A stretch of DNA of 17,310 nt from IMG/VR virus record IMGVR_UViG_2563366958_000013. One strand, written 5' to 3'. A program made the translations under genes and the position numbers. This stretch comes from a virus. Its lineage: Duplodnaviria > Heunggongvirae > Uroviricota > Caudoviricetes. The notes under the pieces were generated by a model. The model was not told where the DNA came from, did no database searches, and saw only the letters and a list, made by a program, of their open reading frames with translations. Of the stretch, positions 8,694 through 17,016 are shown in pieces (the stretch's first letter is position 1; every line of letters starts with the position of its first letter).

Positions 8694-11600
8694 ATGGGTA
8701 AAGGAAGCAGTAAGGGGCATACCCCGCGCGAAGCGAAGGACAACCTGAAGTCCACGCAGTTGCTGAGTGTGATCGATGCCATCAGCGAAGGGCCGGTTGA
8801 AGGTCCGGTGGATGGATTAAAAAGCGTGCTGCTGAACAGTACGCCGGTGCTGGACACTGAGGGGAATACCAACATCTCCGGTGTCACGGTGGTGTTCCGT
8901 GCCGGTGAGCAGGAGCAGACACCGCCGGAGGGGTTTGAATCCTCCGGCTCCGAGACGGTGCTGGGTACGGAAGTGAAATATGACACGCCGATCACCCGCA
9001 CCATTACGTCTGCAAACATCGACCGTCTGCGCTTTACCTTCGGTGTACAGGCACTGGTGGAAACCACCTCAAAGGGTGACAGGAATCCGTCGGAAGTCCG
9101 TCTGCTGGTTCAGATACAACGTAACGGTGGCTGGGTGACGGAAAAAGACATCACCATTAAGGGCAAAACCACCTCGCAGTATCTGGCCTCGGTGGTGGTG
9201 GGTAACCTGCCGCCGCGCCCGTTTAATATCCGGATGCGCAGGATGACGCCGGACAGCACCACAGACCAGCTGCAGAACAAAACGCTCTGGTCGTCATACA
9301 CCGAAATCATCGATGTGAAACAGTGCTACCCGAACACGGCACTGGTCGGCGTGCAGGTGGACTCGGAGCAGTTCGGCAGCCAGCAGGTGAGCCGTAATTA
9401 TCATCTTCGCGGGCGCATTCTGCAGGTGCCGTCGAACTATAACCCGCAGACGCGGCAATACAGCGGTATCTGGGACGGAACGTTTAAGCCGGCATACAGC
9501 AACAACCCGGCCTGGTGTCTGTGGGATATGCTGACCCACCCGCGCTACGGCATGGGGAAACGTCTTGGTGCGGCGGATGTGGATAAATGGGCGCTGTATG
9601 TCATCGGCCAGTACTGCGACCAGTCAGTGCCGGACGGTTTTGGCGGCACGGAGCCGCGCATCACCTGTAATGCCTGGCTGACCACGCAGCGTAAGGCGTG
9701 GGATGTGCTCAGTGATTTCTGCTCGGCGATGCGCTGTATGCCGGTATGGAACGGGCAGACGCTGACGTTCGTGCAGGACCGACCATCAGATAAGGTGTGG
9801 ACCTATAACCGCAGTAATGTGGTGATGCCGGATGATGGCGCGCCGTTCCGCTACAGCTTCAGCGCCCTGAAGGACCGCCATAATGCCGTTGAGGTGAACT
9901 GGATTGACCCGAACAACGGCTGGGAGACGGCGACAGAGCTTGTTGAAGATACGCAGGCCATTGTCCGTTACGGTCGTAATGTCACGAAGATGGATGCCTT
10001 TGGCTGTACCAGCCGGGGGCAGGCACACCGCGCCGGGCTGTGGCTGATTAAAACTGAACTGCTGGAGACGCAGACCGTGGATTTCAGCGTGGGTGCTGAA
10101 GGGCTTCGCCATGTACCGGGCGATGTCATTGAAATCTGCGATGATGACTATGCCGGTATCAGCACCGGTGGTCGCGTGCTGGCGGTGAACAGCCAGACCC
10201 GGACGCTGACGCTCGACCGTGAAATCACGCTGCCATCCTCCGGTACCACGCTGATAAGCCTGGTTGACGGAAGTGGCAATCCGGTCAGCGTGGAGGTTCA
10301 GTCCGTCACCGACGGACTTAAGGTGAAAGTGAACCGGGTTCCTGACGGCGTTGCAGAATACAGTGTGTGGGGGCTGAAGTTGCCGACGTTGCGTCAGCGC
10401 CTGTTCCGCTGTGTGAGTATCCGGGAGAACGATGACGGTGCGTATGCCATCACCGCCGTGCAGCATGTACCGGAAAAAGAAGCCATCGTGGATAACGGGG
10501 CGCACTTTGACGGCGACCAGAGCGGCACGGTGAATGGTGTCACGCCGCCAGCGGTGCAGCACCTGACCGCCGAAGTCACCGCAGACAGCGGGGAATATCA
10601 GGTGCTGGCGCGCTGGGACACGCCGAAGGTGGTGAAGGGCGTGAGCTTCCTGCTCCGTCTGACCGTAACAGCGGATGACGGCAGTGAGCGGCTGGTCAGC
10701 ACGGCCCGGACGGCGGAAACCACTTACCGCTTCAGGCAGCTGGCGCTGGGGCGTTACACGCTGACGGTCCGGGCGGTAAATGCCCGGGGACAGCAGGGCG
10801 ATCCGGCGTCGGTATCGTTCCGGATTGCCGCACCGGCAGCACCGTCGAGGATTGAGCTGACGCCGGGCTATTTTCAGATAACCGCCACGCCGCATCTTGC
10901 CGTTTATGACCCGACGGTACAGTTTGAGTTCTGGTTCTCGGAAAAGCGGATTACCGATATCAGGCAGGTTGAAACCACAGCCCGCTATCTTGGTACGGCG
11001 CTGTACTGGATAGCCGCCAGTATCAATATCAAACCGGGCCATGATTATTACTTTTATATCCGCAGTGTGAACACCGTTGGCAAATCGGCATTCGTGGAGG
11101 CTGTCGGTCAGGCGAGCGATGATGCGGAAGGTTACCTGGATTTTTTCAAAGGCCAGATAACCGAATCCCATCTCGGCAAGGAGCTGCTGGAAAAAGTCGA
11201 GCTGACGGAGGATAACGCCAGCAGACTGGAGGAGTTTTCGAAAGAGTGGCAGGACGCTAACGATAAGTGGAATGCCATGTGGGGCGTCAAAATTGAGCAG
11301 ACCAAAGACGGCAAACATTATGTCGCGGGTATTGGCCTCAGCATGGAGGACACGGAAGAAGGCAAGCTGAGCCAGTTTCTGGTTGCCGCTAACCGTATCG
11401 CGTTTATTGACCCGGCAAACGGGAATGAAACGCCGATGTTTGTGGCGCAGGGCAATCAGATATTTATGAACGACGTGTTCCTGAAGCGCCTGACGGCCCC
11501 GACCATTACCAGTGGTGGAAATCCACCGGCATTTTCCCTGACATCAGACGGAAAGCTGACCGCTAAAAATGCGGATATCAGTGGCAGAGTGAATGCGAAC

Positions 11601-12107
11601 GCCGGGACGCTCAACAATGTCACGGTAAATGAAAACTGTACGATTAAGGGCATGCTGGAGGCGACTCAGGTCAGAGGTGACTTCGTTAAAGCTGTATCCA
11701 AATCATTCCCGAAACAGGCTGGTACGTGGGGTAACACGGAAACACCAAACGGGACGGTTACAGTCACCATCAGCGATGATCATAACTTTGACCGTCAAAT
11801 CATTATTCCGCCCATTATCTTTAACGGAATAGCGTATAGCGATCCGGGAAGTGGTAATAACCCGGGAGGTACAAGATACACGGGTTATGGTTTTGAAGTT
11901 CGCAAAAACGGTGTATTAATCGCATCCAGAGAAACTAAAGGGGCCATTCCCGGTAGCTACAGTGCGGTTATTGATATGCCGAGTGGCAGGGGAAGCGTCA
12001 CTCTGGAGTTTAAGGTTTTCCATAAAGGCAATCAGTGGGCAGGTAATATCACCGACTGTACGGTGATTGTGACCAAAAAAGCCGCTTCCGGCATCAGTAT
12101 TCGTTGA
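8694..12107 (+). CDS. J: tail tip attachment / central tail fiber (host specificity) protein J
   Basis: 1137-aa product; the first ~1000 residues ([34 protein letters not shown]...) closely match lambda gpJ as I recall it; the last ~130 residues look divergent. RBS GAGGAA upstream. Confidence 0.92.
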   Translation: MGKGSSKGHTPREAKDNLKSTQLLSVIDAISEGPVEGPVDGLKSVLLNSTPVLDTEGNTNISGVTVVFRAGEQEQTPPEGFESSGSETVLGTEVKYDTPITRTITSANIDRLRFTFGVQALVETTSKGDRNPSEVRLLVQIQRNGGWVTEKDITIKGKTTSQYLASVVVGNLPPRPFNIRMRRMTPDSTTDQLQNKTLWSSYTEIIDVKQCYPNTALVGVQVDSEQFGSQQVSRNYHLRGRILQVPSNYNPQTRQYSGIWDGTFKPAYSNNPAWCLWDMLTHPRYGMGKRLGAADVDKWALYVIGQYCDQSVPDGFGGTEPRITCNAWLTTQRKAWDVLSDFCSAMRCMPVWNGQTLTFVQDRPSDKVWTYNRSNVVMPDDGAPFRYSFSALKDRHNAVEVNWIDPNNGWETATELVEDTQAIVRYGRNVTKMDAFGCTSRGQAHRAGLWLIKTELLETQTVDFSVGAEGLRHVPGDVIEICDDDYAGISTGGRVLAVNSQTRTLTLDREITLPSSGTTLISLVDGSGNPVSVEVQSVTDGLKVKVNRVPDGVAEYSVWGLKLPTLRQRLFRCVSIRENDDGAYAITAVQHVPEKEAIVDNGAHFDGDQSGTVNGVTPPAVQHLTAEVTADSGEYQVLARWDTPKVVKGVSFLLRLTVTADDGSERLVSTARTAETTYRFRQLALGRYTLTVRAVNARGQQGDPASVSFRIAAPAAPSRIELTPGYFQITATPHLAVYDPTVQFEFWFSEKRITDIRQVETTARYLGTALYWIAASINIKPGHDYYFYIRSVNTVGKSAFVEAVGQASDDAEGYLDFFKGQITESHLGKELLEKVELTEDNASRLEEFSKEWQDANDKWNAMWGVKIEQTKDGKHYVAGIGLSMEDTEEGKLSQFLVAANRIAFIDPANGNETPMFVAQGNQIFMNDVFLKRLTAPTITSGGNPPAFSLTSDGKLTAKNADISGRVNANAGTLNNVTVNENCTIKGMLEATQVRGDFVKAVSKSFPKQAGTWGNTETPNGTVTVTISDDHNFDRQIIIPPIIFNGIAYSDPGSGNNPGGTRYTGYGFEVRKNGVLIASRETKGAIPGSYSAVIDMPSGRGSVTLEFKVFHKGNQWAGNITDCTVIVTKKAASGISIR

Positions 12108-12128
12108 AATTGTTATAACCCATATAAG

Positions 12129-12152
12129 GGCACCAGAAATGGTGCCTTTTTT
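12129..12152 (+). terminator. rho-independent terminator downstream of J
   Basis: GGCACC (12129-12134) / loop agaaat / GGTGCC (12141-12146) followed by TTTTTT (12147-12152); 22 nt after the J stop. Confidence 0.6.
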
Positions 12153-12176
12153 ATTGCAGAAAAGCGAGAGGTAATT

Positions 12177-12776
12177 ATGCGTAAACTTTATGCCGCCATT
12201 TTGTCCGCAGCCATTTGTCTGGCCGTATCCGGTGCGCCTGCATGGGCATCTGAACATCAGTCCACGCTGAGCGCGGGGTATCTTCATGCCCGGACCAACG
12301 TTCCCGGCAGTGATGATCTGAACGGGATTAACGTGAAATACCGTTATGAGTTTACGGATACGCTGGGGCTGGTGACGTCATTCAGCTATGCAGGAGACAA
12401 GAATCGCCAGCTGACCCGTTACAGCGATACCAGCTGGCATGAAGATTCCGTGCGTAACCGCTGGTTCAGCGTGATGGCGGGGCCGTCTGTGCGCGTGAAT
12501 GAATGGTTCAGCGCGTATGCGATGGCGGGTATGGCTTACAGCCGTGTTTCGACTTTTTCCGGGGATTACCTTCGCGTAACTGACAACAAGGGGAAAACGC
12601 ACGATGTGCTGACCGGAAGTGATGACGGTCGCCACAGCAACACGTCTCTGGCGTGGGGGGCTGGCGTGCAGTTTAACCCGACCGAATCCGTGGCCATTGA
12701 TATTGCTTATGAAGGTTCTGGCAGTGGTGACTGGCGCACTGACGGTTTCATCGTGGGTGTCGGTTATAAATTCTGA
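12177..12776 (+). CDS. lom: outer membrane beta-barrel protein Lom (Ail/Lom/PagC/OmpX family), lysogenic-conversion moron
   Basis: 199-aa product MRKLYAAILSAAICLAVSGAPAWASEHQSTLSAGYLHARTNVPGSDDLNGINVKYRYEF...GFIVGVGYKF matches lambda Lom; signal peptide with AWA-SE cleavage context, C-terminal aromatic residue (F) typical of OMP barrels; RBS GAGAGG. Confidence 0.9.
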   Translation: MRKLYAAILSAAICLAVSGAPAWASEHQSTLSAGYLHARTNVPGSDDLNGINVKYRYEFTDTLGLVTSFSYAGDKNRQLTRYSDTSWHEDSVRNRWFSVMAGPSVRVNEWFSAYAMAGMAYSRVSTFSGDYLRVTDNKGKTHDVLTGSDDGRHSNTSLAWGAGVQFNPTESVAIDIAYEGSGSGDWRTDGFIVGVGYKF

Positions 12777-12802
12777 TTAGCCAGGTAACACAGTGTTATG
12801 AC

Positions 12803-12830
12803 AGCCCGCCGGTTCAGGTGGGCTTTTTTG
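12803..12830 (+). terminator. rho-independent terminator downstream of lom
   Basis: AGCCCGCC (12803-12810) / loop ggttca / GGTGGGCT (12817-12824), an 8-bp stem with one G-U pair, followed by TTTTTT (12825-12830). Confidence 0.6.
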
Positions 12831-12840
12831 TGGGGGGAAT

Positions 12841-15237
12841 ATGGCAGTAAAGATTTCAGGTGTACTGAAAGACGGCACAGGAAAACCGGTACAGAACTGC
12901 TCAATCCAGCTGAAAGCAAAACGTAACAGCACCACGGTGGTAGTGAACACGCTGGCCTCAGAAAATCCGGATGAAGCCGGGCGTTACAGTATGGATGTTG
13001 AGTATGGCCAGTACAGCGTTATCCTGCTGGTTGAAGGTTTTTCGCCTTCACATGCCGGGACCATCACCGTGTATGAAGATTCTAAGCCGGGGACGCTGAA
13101 TGATTTTCTCGGTGCCATGACGGAAGATGATGTCATGCCGGAGGCATTGCGTCGTTTTGAGGAAATGGTGGAAGAAGCGGCACGCAACGCTGAAGCCGCC
13201 TCTCAGAGCGCAGCGGCGGCAAAGAAATCCGAAACTGCAGCGGCATCATCGAAGAACGCGGCGAAAACCTCAGAAACGAATGCAGCTAATAGTGCACAGG
13301 CGGCAGCGACCTCAAAGACTGCATCGGCAAACTCCGCGACAGCAGCCAAAAAATCAGAAACCAACGCGAAAAATAGCGAGACAGCCGCAAAGACGAGCGA
13401 AACCAACGCAAAGTCCAGCCAGACGGCAGCGAAAACCAGCGAAACGAATGCCAAAGCCAGTGAAACTGCGGCAAAAAACAGCCAGGTTGCAGCAGCCCAA
13501 AGCGAGAGCGCGGCAGCCGGTTCTGCGACTTCAGCAGCTGGATCAGCAACTGCTGCGGCTAACAGCCAGAAAGCTGCGAAGACGAGTGAAACTAACGCAA
13601 AGTCCAGCCAGACGGCAGCGAAGACCAGCGAAACGAATGCCAAAGCCAGCGAAACTGCGGCGAAAAACAGTCAGGATGCAGCAGCCCAAAGCGAGAGTGC
13701 TGCAGCTGGTTCTGCAAGCGCGGCGGCTGCTTCTGCCACTGCATCAGCCAACAGTCAAAAAGCAGCAAAAACCAGTGAAACCAATGCAAAGACAAGCGAG
13801 ACTGCAGCGGCGAACTCGGCGAAAGCATCGGCAGCAAGCCAGACAGCAGCTAAAGCAAGTGAAGACGCAGCCAGAGAGTATGCAAGTCAGGCAGCAGAGC
13901 CGTATAAATATGTCTTACAGCCACTGCCTGATGTGTGGATACCGTTTAACGATTCACTGGATATGATTACGGGCTTTTCGCCGTCATATAAAAAAATTGT
14001 TATTGGTGATGATGAAATAACGATGCCTGGCGACAAGGTTGTTAAGTTTAAACGCGCATCAACTGCCACATATATCAATAAATCAGGCGTATTTAGTGTT
14101 GCTAAAATTGATGAGCCACGATTTGAAAAAGAAGGTTTATTGATTGAAGGACAGCGCACTAACTATTTTGTTAAATCCAATACTCCCGCTGAATGGACGA
14201 GTACCAGCAATATCGATAAAACTAATAATGGTGTTGATGAATTTGGTTTTTCATATGCCAAAATGCGAACAAAAGATAATATGACAGGACAATCATCTGC
14301 ACTTAGTCTGCATACATGCAGTGCATCCCGGGGGATTGATGTTTGTGGCGATAATAAGTATTGCACTGTTTCATGCAGGGTTAAAGCTCCTGATGGTCTT
14401 CGTTGTCGTTTGCGTTTTGAAAAATACGATGGGTCGGTTTATACATTTTTAGGAGATGCTTATTTAACTTTCGGAACTCTGATAATAGAAAAAACTGGCG
14501 GAGCAGCCAATAGAATAGCAGCTACTGCAACTAAAGATCCGGTTACAGGGTGGATTTTCTATGAGGCAACTATAGAAGCTGTTGAAGGTGAAACCTTAAT
14601 TGGCGCAATGATTCAGTATGCGCCGAAAAAAGGTGGTATAACTGAAGCGGGAGATTATATTTACCTTGCAACACCACAATTTGAAAACGGCGGATGTGCT
14701 TCATCTTTTGTTATTACGACAACTGCACCCGCAACCCGCTCCAGTGATATGGTGACGATCCCAACTGAAAATAATATCTATAATAGACCGCTTACGTGTC
14801 TTGTCGAGGTTAATAGAAATTGGGGCGATATTCCTCCTAATGTAGCACCGCGTATTTTTGATTTTTCTGGTGTGCCACCTATTGAGTCAATTACATACGC
14901 TTTTAACACAACTGAGAAATATTACGGTCAGCTTTATATGCAAACTTATAAAGCGTCGACAAGTACTTACGTTTCTAGTGTGTTTGCTGGTCGAGCTGAT
15001 GTTCGAAAATTCATTGGTGGTTTTAATATTTATTCTGATGGTACTAAACGAGTAGTTTCTAACGGTGAGGCTACTAAAACTATGAAAACGGAGTGGACGG
15101 GCGTAAAAACACGGACCTTTATTCGAATTGGAGGTCAAGCCACATCGGGAACTCGTCATCTATTCGGCCATTTGAGAAATCTTCGTCTCTGGCATAAAGA
15201 ATTAACTGATGCGCAAATGGGGGAGAGTATTAAATGA
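12841..15237 (+). CDS. stf: side tail fiber protein, chimeric: lambda Stf-like N-terminus, Ala/Ser/Thr-rich repeat shaft, non-lambda C-terminal domain with a LamG/ConA-like signature
   Basis: 798-aa ORF; N-terminus MAVKISGVLKDGTGKPVQNCSIQLKAKRNSTTVVVNT...SKPGTLNDFLGAMTEDDVMPEALRRFEEMVEEAARNAEAA matches lambda Stf as I recall it. The central region is tandem repeats (AAKTSETNAKSSQT...). The C-terminal ~440 aa are AT-rich DNA and end ...GHLRNLRLWHKELTDAQMGESIK, which resembles the terminal motif of Laminin_G_3/ConA-like jelly-roll domains. RBS GGGGGGA upstream. Confidence 0.8.
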   Translation: MAVKISGVLKDGTGKPVQNCSIQLKAKRNSTTVVVNTLASENPDEAGRYSMDVEYGQYSVILLVEGFSPSHAGTITVYEDSKPGTLNDFLGAMTEDDVMPEALRRFEEMVEEAARNAEAASQSAAAAKKSETAAASSKNAAKTSETNAANSAQAAATSKTASANSATAAKKSETNAKNSETAAKTSETNAKSSQTAAKTSETNAKASETAAKNSQVAAAQSESAAAGSATSAAGSATAAANSQKAAKTSETNAKSSQTAAKTSETNAKASETAAKNSQDAAAQSESAAAGSASAAAASATASANSQKAAKTSETNAKTSETAAANSAKASAASQTAAKASEDAAREYASQAAEPYKYVLQPLPDVWIPFNDSLDMITGFSPSYKKIVIGDDEITMPGDKVVKFKRASTATYINKSGVFSVAKIDEPRFEKEGLLIEGQRTNYFVKSNTPAEWTSTSNIDKTNNGVDEFGFSYAKMRTKDNMTGQSSALSLHTCSASRGIDVCGDNKYCTVSCRVKAPDGLRCRLRFEKYDGSVYTFLGDAYLTFGTLIIEKTGGAANRIAATATKDPVTGWIFYEATIEAVEGETLIGAMIQYAPKKGGITEAGDYIYLATPQFENGGCASSFVITTTAPATRSSDMVTIPTENNIYNRPLTCLVEVNRNWGDIPPNVAPRIFDFSGVPPIESITYAFNTTEKYYGQLYMQTYKASTSTYVSSVFAGRADVRKFIGGFNIYSDGTKRVVSNGEATKTMKTEWTGVKTRTFIRIGGQATSGTRHLFGHLRNLRLWHKELTDAQMGESIK
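13387..13764 (+). repeat. two tandem ~189-bp (63-codon) imperfect direct repeats inside stf, with a partial third copy starting at 13765
   Basis: Unit beginning gc(a/g)aagacgag(c/t)gaaac(c/t)aacgcaaagtccagccagacggcagcgaa at 13387 recurs at 13576 with about 90% identity; protein repeat AAKTSETNAKSSQTAAKTSETNAKASETAAKNSQ(V/D)AAAQSESAAAGSA... Shorter ~14-codon sub-repeats extend from ~13200 to ~13860. Confidence 0.8.
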
Positions 15238-15381
15238 AAGATTTAACACTCAAATTTGCAGACAGGGCCGACTTTTCGGCCTTTATGGAGAGCATTGGCT
15301 ATTATGATGACGAGTCGATGCAGGATGATATTCTTATTGACGTGATAGGTAATGTGTACAAAGAAACCGGAGAACTTACTG

Positions 15382-15390
15382 AAGATGGCG
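15382..15390. repeat. IS1 target site duplication, left copy (AAGATGGCG)
   Basis: 9 bp immediately 5' of IS1 IRL, identical to 16159-16167. Confidence 0.9.
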
Positions 15391-15445
15391 GGTGATGCTG
15401 CCAACTTACTGATTTAGTGTATGATGGTGTTTTTGAGGTGCTCCA

Positions 15446-15721
15446 GTGGCTTCTGTTTCTATCAGCTGTCCCTCCTGTTCAGCTACTGACGGGGTGGTGC
15501 GTAACGGCAAAAGCACCGCCGGACATCAGCGCTATCTCTGCTCTCACTGCCGTAAAACATGGCAACTGCAGTTCACTTACACCGCTTCTCAACCCGGTAC
15601 GCACCAGAAAATCATTGATATGGCCATGAATGGCGTTGGATGCCGGGCAACAGCCCGCATTATGGGCGTTGGCCTCAACACGATTTTACGTCACTTAAAA
15701 AACTCAGGCCGCAGTCGGTAA
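15446..15721 (+). CDS. insA: IS1 protein InsA (transposition inhibitor / N-terminal part of InsAB' transposase)
   Basis: 91-aa product [91 protein letters not shown], the IS1 InsA sequence with zinc-finger Cys motif; begins at IS1 nt 56. Confidence 0.95.
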
Positions 15722-16143
15722 CCTCGCGCATACAGCCGGGCAGTGACGTCATCGTCTGCGCGGAAATGGACGAACAGTGGGGCTATGTCGGGGCTAAATC
15801 GCGCCAGCGCTGGCTGTTTTACGCGTATGACAGGCTCCGGAAGACGGTTGTTGCGCACGTATTCGGTGAACGCACTATGGCGACGCTGGGGCGTCTTATG
15901 AGCCTGCTGTCACCCTTTGACGTGGTGATATGGATGACGGATGGCTGGCCGCTGTATGAATCCCGCCTGAAGGGAAAGCTGCACGTAATCAGCAAGCGAT
16001 ATACGCAGCGAATTGAGCGGCATAACCTGAATCTGAGGCAGCACCTGGCACGGCTGGGACGGAAGTCGCTGTCGTTCTCAAAATCGGTGGAGCTGCATGA
16101 CAAAGTCATCGGGCATTATCTGAACATAAAACACTATCAATAA
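15640..16143 (+). CDS. insB: IS1 InsB' reading frame; expressed as InsAB' transposase by -1 frameshift at the A6C motif (15697-15703)
   Basis: -1 frame ORF relative to insA, product ...[55 protein letters not shown]... matches IS1 InsB; the ORF-track start at 15640 is the frame opening, not necessarily a used start; slippery TTAAAAAACTC present. Confidence 0.9.
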
Positions 16144-16158
16144 GTTGGAGTCATTACC

Positions 16159-16167
16159 AAGATGGCG
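16159..16167. repeat. IS1 target site duplication, right copy (AAGATGGCG)
   Basis: 9 bp immediately 3' of IS1 IRR, identical to 15382-15390. Confidence 0.9.
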
Positions 16168-16301
16168 AGCCGGTATGTGTTAAGGAGGACGGATATTTTG
16201 TAAATGTGCGCATCATTAATGATTCGCAAATATCGTCATTATTCGATGAATACGTGGTTGCTGTTGAGCATCAACTCCGTAGCTGGATGTGAGGAAGAAA
16301 A

Positions 16302-17006
16302 ATGGCTACATCGACAGTAATTCCTGATGACATCAAAACGCTAAAGGGAGATGTCAGTAAGGCAAAGGAAGATATTTCCTCAATTAACGTAAAAGTATCA
16401 ACGCTTCAGACTGATATGGACAGTGCAAAGCAGGATATCAGTACCAGATACACAAAAACAGAAGTGGATAATAAGCTGAAAAACAAAGTGGAAGTGAACG
16501 ATCTGGAAAGTGGTCGTTATGGCGGAGATTTTTACCCGCTGACTGGCCGTGAAGCGTTTTATTTATGGGGATTGGGCACAACTACAGCGGCGGCAAATCT
16601 TTATCTTAATCCTGACCCTGCAATTTCGTCTGTGCTGCGGTCAACATCGTCTATCCGCTATAAACATTCAGTAGAGACGATAGATTCAGAGCACGCCGAT
16701 CTCATTTTCAGGATGCGCCCTGTGTGGTACAGGTCGCAATGCGAAAATGACAGGCGTGACTGGGGATTCTATGGATTGATTGCCGAGGAAGTAGGAGAAA
16801 TTGCCCCTCAGTTTGTTCACTGGCGACCAGCCAACGAAGATGATGCACCGGAAACCATTTCCAGCAATGGCCTTGTTGCCGAAGGTGTAATGTACGAACG
16901 TCTGGTTGTTCCACTGATTCACCATATCCAGAAACTGACTGAAAGAGTTGATGAACTTGAGTCAGAATTGAAGTTGTTATCAACTTCCCAAAGCGATATC
17001 GGATAA
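16302..17006 (+). CDS. tail-fiber-like protein: N-terminal coiled-coil segment plus C-terminal intramolecular chaperone (peptidase S74-like) domain
   Basis: 234-aa ORF with RBS GAGGAAG. N-terminus has heptad-like pattern (DIKTLKGDVSKAKEDISSINVKVSTLQTDMDSAKQDIS). C-terminal half carries SSIRYKHSVETID...ADLIFRMRPVWYRSQ...DWGFYGLIAEEVGEIAPQFV, which fits the S74 chaperone consensus as I recall it (SDxRxKxNI...L.PV.Y.W...GFIAQEV.EV.PE.V). Motif-level call only. Confidence 0.5.
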   Translation: MATSTVIPDDIKTLKGDVSKAKEDISSINVKVSTLQTDMDSAKQDISTRYTKTEVDNKLKNKVEVNDLESGRYGGDFYPLTGREAFYLWGLGTTTAAANLYLNPDPAISSVLRSTSSIRYKHSVETIDSEHADLIFRMRPVWYRSQCENDRRDWGFYGLIAEEVGEIAPQFVHWRPANEDDAPETISSNGLVAEGVMYERLVVPLIHHIQKLTERVDELESELKLLSTSQSDIG

Positions 17007-17016
17007 AGGAGGAGTA

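Larger units (their letters stand above)
15391..16158 (+). mobile_element. insertion sequence IS1, complete 768 bp, insA/insB in + orientation
   Basis: IRL GGTGATGCTGCCAACTTACTGAT (15391-15413) and IRR ATCAATAAGTTGGAGTCATTACC (16136-16158); encodes InsA and InsB with the A6C frameshift motif; 768-bp length; perfect 9-bp direct repeats flank it. Confidence 0.95.
15234..16292 (+). pseudogene. small acidic ORF of unknown function (93 codons when reconstructed) interrupted by IS1; 5' part 15234-15390, 3' part 16159-16292
   Basis: ATG 15234 overlaps the stf stop (ATGA). The reading frame MKDLTLKFADRADFSAFMESIGYYDDESMQDDILIDVIGNVYKETGELTEDG runs into IS1 IRL and stops at TGA 15393-15395. Removing IS1 plus one TSD copy restores ...EDGEPVCVKEDGYFVNVRIINDSQISSLFDEYVVAVEHQLRSWM with stop TGA 16290-16292. 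Confidence 0.7.

Noticed and set aside
9786-11318. 510-aa ORF on the minus strand
   Set aside because: Lies entirely antisense to J, whose + strand frame has continuous lambda gpJ similarity and proper RBS; the long antisense frame is a by-product of GC-rich codon usage. No RBS or recognisable protein features.
12129-12176. A dedicated lom promoter between the J terminator and the lom start
   Set aside because: Only about 24 nt separate the terminator from the lom ATG, too short for -35/-10 elements. Any lom promoter must lie within the 3' end of J, and I could not identify convincing sigma70 hexamers by eye, so no promoter is annotated.
13200-13870. Possible CRISPR-like array suggested by regularly spaced repeats
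   Set aside because: The repeats are in-frame coding repeats inside stf, imperfect, of 42 and 189 bp, with no unique spacers of uniform length and no cas genes nearby.
13127-13966. 279-aa Arg/Gln/Lys-rich ORF on the + strand and 146-aa Ala/Phe/Val-rich ORF on the minus strand (13203-13643)
   Set aside because: Both are alternative-frame readings of the stf Ala/Ser/Thr repeat region (GCN/AGC/ACN codon repeats); low-complexity products; the stf frame is the one continuous with the lambda Stf-like N-terminus.
15417-15629. 70-aa ORF inside IS1
   Set aside because: Alternative frame overlapping insA within IS1; not a known IS1 product.
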